DNA of 64,000 nucleotides from an uncultured virus (IMG/VR IMGVR_UViG_3300038428_000220) (Duplodnaviria; Heunggongvirae; Uroviricota; Caudoviricetes): the IMG/VR virus record IMGVR_UViG_3300038428_000220. One strand, given 5' to 3'. The number at the start of each line of letters is the position of its first letter. Within the stretch, counting starts at the first letter, position 1. Below the pieces are notes generated by a model that had not been told where the DNA came from, searched no databases, and was given only the letters and a program-made list of their open reading frames with translations. The position numbers were made by a program, and so were the translations under genes. Shown one piece after another: positions 55,647 to 63,995 of this stretch.

Positions 55647-55970
55647 TCAGCCCGTCAGCTTGTCCAGCAGAATCTTGTGCGCCAGCTGCGCGGCGCGGAA
55701 TCCGCTTTCAAATCTCGTGATTGCAACATTGGTGTCGGCTTCCGTGACGATGCCGCTGCAGAGGACGCCAAACAGCAGCGACACATGCGCGTTGAATGCG
55801 TCGTCCAGCGCTTTGGTGATCTGCTCTTTGGTCATGCGTAAAATCTCCCCCACACCGGTTTGCTGCGCAGCGGCCAGCGTAGCCACGGGATTCGCGCCGA
55901 CGACAGCACACAGCCGAGCATCAGCGCGCGGCGGTGGCGGCGCAAGGTCGGCTCCAGCGTCATGCGTCAC
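55647..55970 (-). CDS. hypothetical protein (start uncertain)
   Basis: Packed ORF. Confidence 0.5.
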   Translation of the reverse strand: MTHDAGADLAPPPPRADARLCAVVGANPVATLAAAQQTGVGEILRMTKEQITKALDDAFNAHVSLLFGVLCSGIVTEADTNVAITRFESGFRAAQLAHKILLDKLTG

Positions 55971-56421
55971 CAGCTGGGTCGGGTGCGCGCTGCCGGACTG
56001 GCATCCAGACTATGCTGGCAACGGTCGACACGCTGGCGTGCCCGCTCGTTGCCCTGATTGTTAGACCATGCAGGAATCCACCGTCCATCATGAACGACCC
56101 CATAATAGCTGCTGGGGCCTGGTAGATCGCCCGACCATTGCGTGTATCGTAAGCAATGCGTCGTTGCTTATGTTCGTCGATCTGCGCCTGCGTCGAGCCA
56201 GGCCGCAGGGGCGCAGGTTCTTCCATATTGTCGCCGGGGAAGTGGCCGCCCACGTCAGGGATTCCATCAAAGGCTTCAAGCGCACCGGCGCCAGCGTGTG
56301 TGCATGCGATGGTGCGCAAAATGCCGGGTCCTTCCTCAAGGATAAAAGTGCCCTTGCGGTCGAGAAGCCATATTTTGCCGCCCAGCGGCGGCAGATCGAC
56401 GCGGATTCTAACTGGCTTCAT
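55960..56421 (-). CDS. hypothetical protein, paralogue of 52688-53011
   Basis: MKPVRIRV start in an ATGA overlap with the portal stop. Confidence 0.6.
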   Translation of the reverse strand: MKPVRIRVDLPPLGGKIWLLDRKGTFILEEGPGILRTIACTHAGAGALEAFDGIPDVGGHFPGDNMEEPAPLRPGSTQAQIDEHKQRRIAYDTRNGRAIYQAPAAIMGSFMMDGGFLHGLTIRATSGHASVSTVASIVWMPVRQRAPDPAGDA

Positions 56422-58133
56422 GCGTTCACCGTCGTGCGCGGCCCTATGTTCATGCCGCCTACCTGCGCGGGACCGGCCGCCGGGCTGGCCGACTCGGGCT
56501 GGTCGGCCGGCGTGCCGGGCTCCACCGGCACGTCGACTGACGTCGGCTGCGGCGCCATTGGCGTGGCCTCGTCGGGCTCCGTCGGGCTGTCGTCGACCGC
56601 GTCCTGTTCTTCGCCGGCGTCCTCCATGTCGATCATGGACAAATCCAGCACCTGCGCGATGTAGGCCTTGGCTTCCTCGAACGTAATAAGCTGTTCTTCC
56701 GGCTTTGGCTCGGTCGCCGGCACGGCGTCGACATGCGCGCCCTGCGCGCTGGCCGGCCTGCTGCCTGGTTGCGCTGGCGCGGTCTTTTTCATCGGATCCA
56801 ACATGATTTGGAACGCTTGGGCGAGCGAGAACACCTCGTCGGGCGTCGGCTGGAACATGCGCGGCCACTGCAGCGTGAAGCCGCCGGCGTCCTTGTCGAT
56901 CTTGGACGCAATCGCTATCTTTTTGATCAGCGGCAGCGCACCATGCTCGCCGTACTGGCTGCGCAGGTCGCCCACCATGTCGTCGCTGTCCTGGTCGAGG
57001 TACTCCATGGCGCGCCCAGACAGCGGGGCTTTCATTTTGTCGGGGTCTTTACGGCTGGCCGCGATCTGCTCGAGCGCCATGTTGCGCAGGTGGTCGATCA
57101 GCTTGAGCGCCGCCTCGGTGCCGGTGCCGGACATTTCCAGCAGCTTGGCGTCGCCGACGCCGACCATGCTGCCGTCCTCGTCCTTGTAACCGGCTTCCAT
57201 TTCCAGGTGCGTCATGGGCCCGCGCGTCACGGCGCCGTTCATCACCTTGCCGATCGTCACCAACTGCGGCGCGCTGTTGTAGCGCGTGCCGCGACCGATT
57301 TGGCTCAACGTGTAGTCGAGCTCGACGCTGTTGGGGATTGCGTCTTCGAACGTGCAGCAGCCGTCGGGCGCCAGGCCGCCGCCCAGATTGACAAACCAAT
57401 GCGCGCACACAAAGCCCAGGTCGTGCTTGTATTCCTCGCCGGCCCACGGCTCTAACTTTTTGTTGGCCGCGCCCTCGCCGACAAAGCCGTGCACGGGATT
57501 CCATTCGACCTTCTTGACCGGCTGATACGTCACCTCGCCGGTCGGCAGCCAGTCGCGGATATACCAATACTCTTGGCCCTTCTCGACGCCAGGCGCCCCC
57601 ATGGCTTCAAGCGCTGCCCCGCTGGTCGTGTAGGCAACGCGCAGCTGCGCCAGCTCCCCCATGTCGTCAAAGCTGGGTTGGCAGTATTTGGCGCGCCAGC
57701 ATTGCAACGCCACCTTGGGGTTTTTGCCGCCTGTGGTTTCGACGCGAAACGTGACGGCCACGGCGCCGACGCTGCCCAGCAGCACGGCTTCTGCCATGCG
57801 TTCAAAAAACTTGCCCTTGCGCAGCAGCGCCGCCATGGACGCAATCTTGGCCTTGTCCTTGTGGCGCACCTTGGGCGCGTGCCGGCCGGTGAACAGCTTG
57901 CGGGTGCACCAGCGCGCGACCATGCGCGGCAGCCGGTACTGCGCCGACGGTCGGCGCTCGGTCAGCGGTATCAGCTCCTGCGTGCCTGGCTTGACCTCGT
58001 CGTAAAACGCATAGTTCAAATGATTGTAAAAGGTGCCGTCGAGCAGGCGGTCGCGCAGGTCAAGGCAGCGATAGCGCGAGTCCTCGCTGGCCCAGTCGGG
58101 GTATCGGATCGCCTGCGCGATTTTGCGGAACAT
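56418..58133 (-). CDS. portal protein
   Basis: Position after terminase; DYTLSQIGRGTRY, AKLLEMSG, SGRAME; acidic tail. Confidence 0.82.
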   Translation of the reverse strand: MFRKIAQAIRYPDWASEDSRYRCLDLRDRLLDGTFYNHLNYAFYDEVKPGTQELIPLTERRPSAQYRLPRMVARWCTRKLFTGRHAPKVRHKDKAKIASMAALLRKGKFFERMAEAVLLGSVGAVAVTFRVETTGGKNPKVALQCWRAKYCQPSFDDMGELAQLRVAYTTSGAALEAMGAPGVEKGQEYWYIRDWLPTGEVTYQPVKKVEWNPVHGFVGEGAANKKLEPWAGEEYKHDLGFVCAHWFVNLGGGLAPDGCCTFEDAIPNSVELDYTLSQIGRGTRYNSAPQLVTIGKVMNGAVTRGPMTHLEMEAGYKDEDGSMVGVGDAKLLEMSGTGTEAALKLIDHLRNMALEQIAASRKDPDKMKAPLSGRAMEYLDQDSDDMVGDLRSQYGEHGALPLIKKIAIASKIDKDAGGFTLQWPRMFQPTPDEVFSLAQAFQIMLDPMKKTAPAQPGSRPASAQGAHVDAVPATEPKPEEQLITFEEAKAYIAQVLDLSMIDMEDAGEEQDAVDDSPTEPDEATPMAPQPTSVDVPVEPGTPADQPESASPAAGPAQVGGMNIGPRTTVNA

Positions 58134-58439
58134 TCAGGCCCCCTGCGGCGGTGGTGACGCGTCGACCTCGTCGCGCATGTTGACCGACGTGGCGAAACGA
58201 TTCTGCAGATAGCTGATTCCGGCCATCAGCAGGTGCACTGTGCCGCTGTCGTCTTCCCAGCCGTCGCACAGCCAGCCGCCCGGCTTGACGAATGTGAACG
58301 CGATTGCGCGTATTTGACCGGCCTTAGCGCGCTCAAGCAGCTGCTCCAGCTTAGCGATCACATTGGCCTGCGGCTGCAGGTCGACAGCAACCTGCGGGTT
58401 GGCGACGCCGGGGAAGGTGCGCACGTTGTCGGTCGTCAT
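58134..58439 (-). CDS. hypothetical protein
   Basis: LEQLLERAKAGQIRAIA; ATGA coupling. Confidence 0.6.
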   Translation of the reverse strand: MTTDNVRTFPGVANPQVAVDLQPQANVIAKLEQLLERAKAGQIRAIAFTFVKPGGWLCDGWEDDSGTVHLLMAGISYLQNRFATSVNMRDEVDASPPPQGA

Positions 58440-58651
58440 GCCGCGGCCTCGTCCACCCAGGCAAAGTCGATCGCGCCGCCCGGCAGTCGCACCATATAGC
58501 AATTCGCTGGATATGAACGACGTACGCTGACGACGGCCGCCACGCAGGGGTCCTTGCCTTCCTGCACGCGCTTGTGCAGGAGTGCCAGCACCGCGGCATC
58601 AATCACAGCGTCGCTGTGGCGCATCGTTTGTTTGGTCACAATTATGGTCAT
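58436..58651 (-). CDS. hypothetical protein
   Basis: ATGA-coupled. Confidence 0.55.
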   Translation of the reverse strand: MTIIVTKQTMRHSDAVIDAAVLALLHKRVQEGKDPCVAAVVSVRRSYPANCYMVRLPGGAIDFAWVDEAAA

Positions 58652-58875
58652 GCCGCGACCTCGTCGGCCGGCGTGTCCAGCGTAAAGCGCCGCTCGTTGA
58701 CCGTGTCCTGCTTGCCGGTATCCTCGTAGCGCACCAGCCAGCTGCCGGCGCCGTATTGCGGCTGCGGCAGCTGCACCGTCGCCAGGCGGTGACCGCCGGC
58801 GGGTCGCCAGCCAGCGTCGCACGCGACCTCGACGACGTCGCCAGCTTGGTATGGTCGCGGCTGTCGCATGGACAC
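58648..58875 (-). CDS. small SH3/Tudor-like protein
   Basis: YQAGDVVEV...W...ATV...WLVRYEDTG. Confidence 0.5.
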   Translation of the reverse strand: MSMRQPRPYQAGDVVEVACDAGWRPAGGHRLATVQLPQPQYGAGSWLVRYEDTGKQDTVNERRFTLDTPADEVAA

Positions 58876-58939
58876 CGTTGGAATCAGCGCAGCGGTCGGC
58901 TGCGCGTTTATGAGCCAGCGCGCGCGTCGGCGTCAAGCG

Positions 58940-59209
58940 TCAGCCGGTGATCCCCATGGCGCGCTCGATCGCCTTGCGTTTGATCCACCGCCACAGCCGG
59001 TCGGCGGCCACGCCGTTGTCGTTTAACCGATATCGCCGCCACCGCTTGGCCTGCCGACCGTACACCCGCCGGTGCATCAGGTCGACCAGGCGCCAATGGT
59101 CGCCGCACAGCCATTCGTCGAATTCGGTGCGCGCGGTCGTGTGCCGGCAAAACGGCACGCAACAGTGCAGGCGGCCGGCGCGATTCCGCTTTTTGCCGTC
59201 CTGGGTCAA
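58940..59209 (-). CDS. hypothetical Cys/His protein
   Basis: CCVPFCRHT...EWLCGDHW. Confidence 0.6.
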   Translation of the reverse strand: MTQDGKKRNRAGRLHCCVPFCRHTTARTEFDEWLCGDHWRLVDLMHRRVYGRQAKRWRRYRLNDNGVAADRLWRWIKRKAIERAMGITG

Positions 59210-59356
59210 GTAGATTCCCCCTGCTTGCGCCAGCCAGGGTAAACGGTTGCTTAACTAACGCACCTGCTGCCTGGCGGCGTCGATAGGCGGTCGGCCGACC
59301 TTGCGCGGCTTAGGAGACAATGTCACTTGGACGTCTGTCATTTGTCACCTGGATTG

Positions 59357-62032
59357 TCACCTTGCGAAGATCGGCAGCACCTGGGCGCCGCCGGACTGCG
59401 GCTGCGTGCGCTTTTTCTTCTGCAGCCTGGCGTAGCCGCCCGTCATGGCGTCGGTCTGGTCCTTGAACTTGCTGCCGGGGAAGTTTGTCACTTCCTCCAA
59501 AAACGTGTCGTTCCACGGCCCGACGACAATCTCGACGTTACCATTTTCGGCCTGCGCCGCCATGGGCTCCGCGCGGTCGATCTTGCTGCCCGTCTCAATC
59601 AGCTTATGCGCGTCAAAGCCGTCCAGCATGCTGACCATGTCTCGCGCCACCGTATTGTGCACGACGATATCGCGCACTAGAAACGACGCCTGTCCGCGTA
59701 CCGTCAGGCAGCGGCACGGTCGGACGCCAGCCGGCGTCACGGACATGACCTGATCCGGCAAATAGTCCTCGTCGAAACGGCGATAGATCGACGCGTTGGC
59801 CAGCGACGCCAGTCGGGCGGCCTTGAACGAGTGGTGCACCGGAATTCGCTTCAAAAACCGGCCATAGGCGTCGTCCTGCTGGCGCATGCGCAACAGCCAG
59901 CTACGGTGGCGTTTCTCCAGATATTTGCCATTCTTGGTCTTTAGCGTCGAATTGATGCCAAGCCGCAGCAGCAGGTGCTGCACATCCTCAAGCAACGCCT
60001 TGCTGACGCTGTAGAATATGACCTCGTGCGCGTCTTTCGATACGAATCCGTCACAGGCGAAATAGGCCCCAAGGAATTCAGCCACCAACGGGCTGGGGGC
60101 GCCAAACACCCATGCTGGCACACGTTTGGTATAGGCATTGTGCCCGGCCAGTCCGGTATCACGCAGCCATGACTGCAAGCCCGCTGCGTTGATCTCGCCG
60201 CGCCGGTAACCATTGCTGGTGCGGCCACCAACGGATTGCACGCAATGCCGGAAGTCCAGCAGCTCAACATGGTCGTGACAACAGAACGACGATTTGCTGC
60301 TTTGCACCTTGCGTTCCGGTCGTCGGATGCTTGTCACCGATCCATCGCCAATAAAATAGCCAGCAAGCCGGAACTCTTCCGCCGAACGATCAGCGATCGC
60401 CGCTATGCGCGGAGTACTGCGGAGCGCGACAACGCTGCCTGGGCGCAGGGCGCCGGCAGCCACCCAATCGTCTGGCGTGAGAAACGGGTGGTCAAGCGCC
60501 GCCACGACTTCGCGCCCGGATCCTGTCTTAATGCACACCGTCGGCAAGTCGCCCTGTTGAAACACAGCGTCGACCATCCCAGGCACACCATCCTTGCCTA
60601 TGACGGTGTCACCAACAATGATTTCCTTAAGCGGCACCTGTTGGCCATCGCCGCGCAAGATCAATTCTTCCTCCCAGATTGGCTTGCCGGCGCTGCCAGG
60701 GTCTTGCGGCACCTGCACCTCGTAGCTACCGCCCAGCTGGGCAATGCGTATCTGGTCGGCCAGCGCCGTCGCCTTGACCAGCCGGCGCACCAGGGGCGCC
60801 TGCTCGCGACAGCGCTGCACGTCGGCAATGCAGTATTGCGACAATGTCGGGTGCTTGCCCAGCAGCACGCCGGCGGTGTAGGGCGGGTCGGCCGTATAAG
60901 TCGCCTCGGTGTCCGCCAGGTCCCAGTGCCGCACCCAGCGATAGCCCAGCGGCATGGCTGGCCTGGGCTTGAACCAGGCGCGCTTGAACATGCCGCCTTC
61001 GCGCGGCACCGGAGTCTGTTGGTGTTGCCCAGAAACTGCGTATGCGGTCATCTCGCGTTCAAGTGCATCCACGGTAGCTAACGGGAATCGTTCAGGAAAT
61101 AGCAATTCCCCCTCTTGCCGGCGCGGGTCAGTGAATATCGGCGTCGTGCAGTGCCGGCCTTGCTCGTACCGCATGGGCAGCACCAGGGCTATGTGCTGCA
61201 CCCCGATTTGCTCCCACACCCCGCTGGGGTCATCCTGATGCACCCGCTGCATAATCAGCGCGATGGCCGACGCCACCGGGTCATTAAGACGAGTTGGCAC
61301 CGATTCCCGCATGATGAACTTAGCCTGCTCGCGATCGGCGTCCGACTTGGACTGCGGCACCGACAGCGGGTCGTCGATCGTCAGCACGTCGCCGCGGCCG
61401 CCGGTCAGCCCCTCGAACGCCACGCCCTCGCGTGTGCCCTTGCTCGAATTCTCAAACGACGTTTCGGCCACGCGTGTCAGCTTCACATGCGGCCAAAGCG
61501 TCTGATACCAGTCCGAAAGGATCAAATCGCGGGTCTTGCGCGTGTCGCGCTTGACGTAATCCGCCGAATAGCTGGTCGACAGGAAACGCCGGTGTGCCAG
61601 ATTGCACGGTCCCCATTGCCAGGCGTTCCATAAAACACTGACAATCAATGATTTCCCGACGCCTGGCGGCACATTGAAGCGCACCTTGTTCGGCAGCCCC
61701 ATGGCCAGGAAACGACCCCAGGTCAGAGCCTCAAGGTGATCGCATATCGCACGCACCACCCAGCCCTCGACAAACTGCGTCCTGGGCTCAAGGACGTGCC
61801 AGGCCTCGCGCACAAAGCCGATTAAGGTCTGGCAGCGCGCGCGGATAGCATCCGCGTTCGCCTGCGTGTCTGCCCGCTCGCGCTCAGTGGCTCGTTGGTG
61901 CTTTGCCTGCTGGATCGCCTGCAGCAGTTGGGTCGGCGAGATTCGCGACAACACTGAGAGCGCCAAGGACTCGCTCGAATTGCTCAATATCGCCCTCCGG
62001 TAGTTTGCCCAAGATGGCCGCCAGTGCCGCAA
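59357..62032 (-). CDS. terL: terminase large subunit with intein (true start probably near 61955)
   Basis: NVPPGVGKS, TGGRGDVLTIDDP, IMQRVHQDD, WDLA, QDPGSAGK, KDQTDA. Confidence 0.93.
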   Translation of the reverse strand: MRHWRPSWANYRRAILSNSSESLALSVLSRISPTQLLQAIQQAKHQRATERERADTQANADAIRARCQTLIGFVREAWHVLEPRTQFVEGWVVRAICDHLEALTWGRFLAMGLPNKVRFNVPPGVGKSLIVSVLWNAWQWGPCNLAHRRFLSTSYSADYVKRDTRKTRDLILSDWYQTLWPHVKLTRVAETSFENSSKGTREGVAFEGLTGGRGDVLTIDDPLSVPQSKSDADREQAKFIMRESVPTRLNDPVASAIALIMQRVHQDDPSGVWEQIGVQHIALVLPMRYEQGRHCTTPIFTDPRRQEGELLFPERFPLATVDALEREMTAYAVSGQHQQTPVPREGGMFKRAWFKPRPAMPLGYRWVRHWDLADTEATYTADPPYTAGVLLGKHPTLSQYCIADVQRCREQAPLVRRLVKATALADQIRIAQLGGSYEVQVPQDPGSAGKPIWEEELILRGDGQQVPLKEIIVGDTVIGKDGVPGMVDAVFQQGDLPTVCIKTGSGREVVAALDHPFLTPDDWVAAGALRPGSVVALRSTPRIAAIADRSAEEFRLAGYFIGDGSVTSIRRPERKVQSSKSSFCCHDHVELLDFRHCVQSVGGRTSNGYRRGEINAAGLQSWLRDTGLAGHNAYTKRVPAWVFGAPSPLVAEFLGAYFACDGFVSKDAHEVIFYSVSKALLEDVQHLLLRLGINSTLKTKNGKYLEKRHRSWLLRMRQQDDAYGRFLKRIPVHHSFKAARLASLANASIYRRFDEDYLPDQVMSVTPAGVRPCRCLTVRGQASFLVRDIVVHNTVARDMVSMLDGFDAHKLIETGSKIDRAEPMAAQAENGNVEIVVGPWNDTFLEEVTNFPGSKFKDQTDAMTGGYARLQKKKRTQPQSGGAQVLPIFAR
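59654..60682 (-). mobile_element. 343-aa intein with LAGLIDADG endonuclease, Pro at position 1
   Basis: GSAGK|PIWEEELILRGDG...DHPF...LAGYFIGDG...FLGAYFACDG...CRCLTV...VVHN|TVARD. Confidence 0.88.
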
Positions 62033-62390
62033 TGTCCAGCGGACTACCGTCCGGATTGGTGTGCGCCACGCCGGTCAGCCGGCGGTGGCAATACATCGCG
62101 GCATCGCGCGCGGCCATGCGGGCATACGATAGCTCATTCCTGACCAATTCGCGGTCCAGCGGCCGACCGCCTTCCCTGCCCTCGTCAGCCTTGGCGCGCG
62201 CCTGCTCGCGTCCGGCTTCGTCCATGTGGTATCTGGCGATCGACAGCAGCATGTCGGCCGGGCTGGCACCGGCATGCAACGTCTTTATTTCGGCCGCCAC
62301 CGCGCTGGCGCTGCTCGCAACGCCTGGAATGGCCAATTTATCGGCTTTTGGCTTCCGCCCGGCACCTGGTCGCCATCCACCTCGTGGCAT
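61884..62390 (-). CDS. terS: terminase small subunit
   Basis: MPRGGWRPGAGRKP, AARDAAMYCHRRL; directly upstream of terL. Confidence 0.75.
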   Translation of the reverse strand: MPRGGWRPGAGRKPKADKLAIPGVASSASAVAAEIKTLHAGASPADMLLSIARYHMDEAGREQARAKADEGREGGRPLDRELVRNELSYARMAARDAAMYCHRRLTGVAHTNPDGSPLDIAALAAILGKLPEGDIEQFERVLGALSVVANLADPTAAGDPAGKAPTSH

Positions 62391-62572
62391 GTTTTTGAAT
62401 TAGCCCTGCAATCAATCTGGAATCGGTCGGGGGCGATATTGAGCCCGTGCGGATCATAAGGCAGCTTTGCGCGCCAATGCAAATGGTGCTGCAATTAACG
62501 GGTTTGCACGTTGCGCTGGGTGGCGCGCGGAGCCATGTTTGATTTGATCGAGAATCAAAAGAGCCGCCGGCG

Positions 62573-62799
62573 ATGCTCGTTTACAAAATCACCAACATGC
62601 TGACCGGTGCCGAGTACGTCGGGCTGACGTGCCGCAGATTGCTGACAAGGTGGAGCGATCACAAGGCGAAGGCGCGTGCCGGAACAAAAACGCCGCTATA
62701 CAACGCAATGCGTAAATATGGTTTTGCTGCATTTTCGATCGAGGCAGTTGCGTCTGCCAAGTCCTACGATGCGCTAAAAGCCGCCGAGGTGGCGATCAT
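62573..62799 (+). pseudogene. GIY-YIG endonuclease interrupted by IS insertion
   Basis: LVYKITN..TG..YVGLT...RWSDH...LYNAMRKYG...E; IS left end begins at 62800. Confidence 0.82.
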
Positions 62800-63006
62800 C
62801 GTGACCTCGGGCGGAAACCTCGCCGTTCACGGCGGGGAGGAAGCCCGTTGAGCTTCCACGTATCGCTTGACCCTCTCAAGCGGAGCGCCACCGGCACTGG
62901 CGGCAAAGTAGGATGGCGACCAAAGAACACTGCGCCAATAGCGAGCAGCAATATCCCGGCGCTCAAGTCTGAGCAGTCGGGACGAGGTACCCTTGAGGGC
63001 ATTAAC
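62800..63006. mobile_element. truncated second IS200/IS605 copy (left end + 3' part of tnpA)
   Basis: Close but diverged copy of 53632-53838, also preceded by TCAT; cut off by the TIR at 63007. Confidence 0.9.
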
Positions 63007-63047
63007 CATGCTTATCCGGTTTAGACACACAGCCCTAGATGTAGTGG

Positions 63048-63674
63048 TCACGGGAATACCAGCGTTTTGCCATTCCATGCGCAGTCAGGAATGTTCAATT
63101 TGATGTAAGCCAAAATGTCGGCGTCCAGCGTGGCGCGCTTGGCCTTGTAGTCGGCGTACAGCGTGGCGCGCTTGGCCTCGTAGTCGGCGTACAGCGGGGC
63201 GTGCTTGGCCTTGTAGTCGGCGTACAGCGGGGCGTGCTTGGCCTTGTAGTCGGCGTCCAGCGTGGCGCGCTTGGCCTTGTAGTCGGCGTACAGCGTGGCG
63301 CGCTTGGCCTTGTAGTCGGCGTCCAGCGGGGCGTGCTTGGCCTCGTAGTCGGCGTCCAGCGTGGCGCGCTTGGCCTTGTAGTCGGCGTACAGCGTGGCGC
63401 GCTTGGCCTCGTAGTCGGCGTACAGCGTGGCGTGCTTGGCCATCGCCTCACAACCGCCCAGATAGATCATGTTGTGTAAGCGGATAGCCACTTCGTTCTT
63501 CGGCTTTTTACGCTTCACATAATCAATGCGTTCATTCACATCGTGTGACTCTTCGCACAACTGTTCATGGTGCAGAAAACCAAACCAGCCTTTCGTCGGG
63601 CCAGTGTAATTGTAGCGACCTGGAAACAATGTATTCTCGATCTTCTTGCGGCGCGGATGATTAACCATTTTCAA
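63048..63674 (-). CDS. 11-residue repeat (hendecad coiled-coil-like) cargo protein
   Basis: About 10 x (R/H)A(T/P)L(Y/D)ADY(K/E)AK; ends PDCAWNGKTLVFP. Confidence 0.8.
   Translation of the reverse strand: MKMVNHPRRKKIENTLFPGRYNYTGPTKGWFGFLHHEQLCEESHDVNERIDYVKRKKPKNEVAIRLHNMIYLGGCEAMAKHATLYADYEAKRATLYADYKAKRATLDADYEAKHAPLDADYKAKRATLYADYKAKRATLDADYKAKHAPLYADYKAKHAPLYADYEAKRATLYADYKAKRATLDADILAYIKLNIPDCAWNGKTLVFP
63118..63441. repeat. 33-bp tandem repeat array, about 10 units
   Basis: Unit like GTAGTCGGCGTACAGCGTGGCGCGCTTGGCCTT with a few binary variable sites. Confidence 0.92.
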
Positions 63675-63767
63675 GTCCTCTGCCCCTGAAATCCCCGAGG
63701 CGCGGGATCAACATCTAGTGGCTCTTAGCAGTTGTGTGCGTCAACCGGATAAGCATGCAAGAGACAG

Positions 63768-63995
63768 TTAAGTGACAATGTCTCCTGCGTTGTCACTTTG
63801 GTGCGGCAAGCCCTTGTCGGCGTACTGGCGCGCCAGCAGCTGCACGCCGGGCGGTATCTCGCGGTGGTCATGCTCAAGGCGCCGCATGAGGCGCGACAGC
63901 GTCCTGGGCAGGCCGCGATAGCCCAGCGCCCTGGCAAACTGGCTCTGGCTGGCGCCCAGCACGATGCGGATTTCCCTAAGCTCGGCGCCGGTCAA
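63768..63995 (-). CDS. XRE-family HTH regulator
   Basis: TGAELREIR..LG.SQSQFARALG...RLE....IP. Confidence 0.8.
   Translation of the reverse strand: MTGAELREIRIVLGASQSQFARALGYRGLPRTLSRLMRRLEHDHREIPPGVQLLARQYADKGLPHQSDNAGDIVT

Larger units (their letters stand above)
63007..63757. mobile_element. non-autonomous cassette bounded by IS1595-type TIRs
   Basis: CATGCTTATCCGGTTTAGACACAC ... GTGTGCGTCAACCGGATAAGCATG; one cargo gene; no target duplication seen. Confidence 0.82.

Noticed and set aside
63118..63441. 33-bp repeats as a CRISPR array
   Set aside because: Units are contiguous with no unique spacers, keep the reading frame, and no cas genes are present
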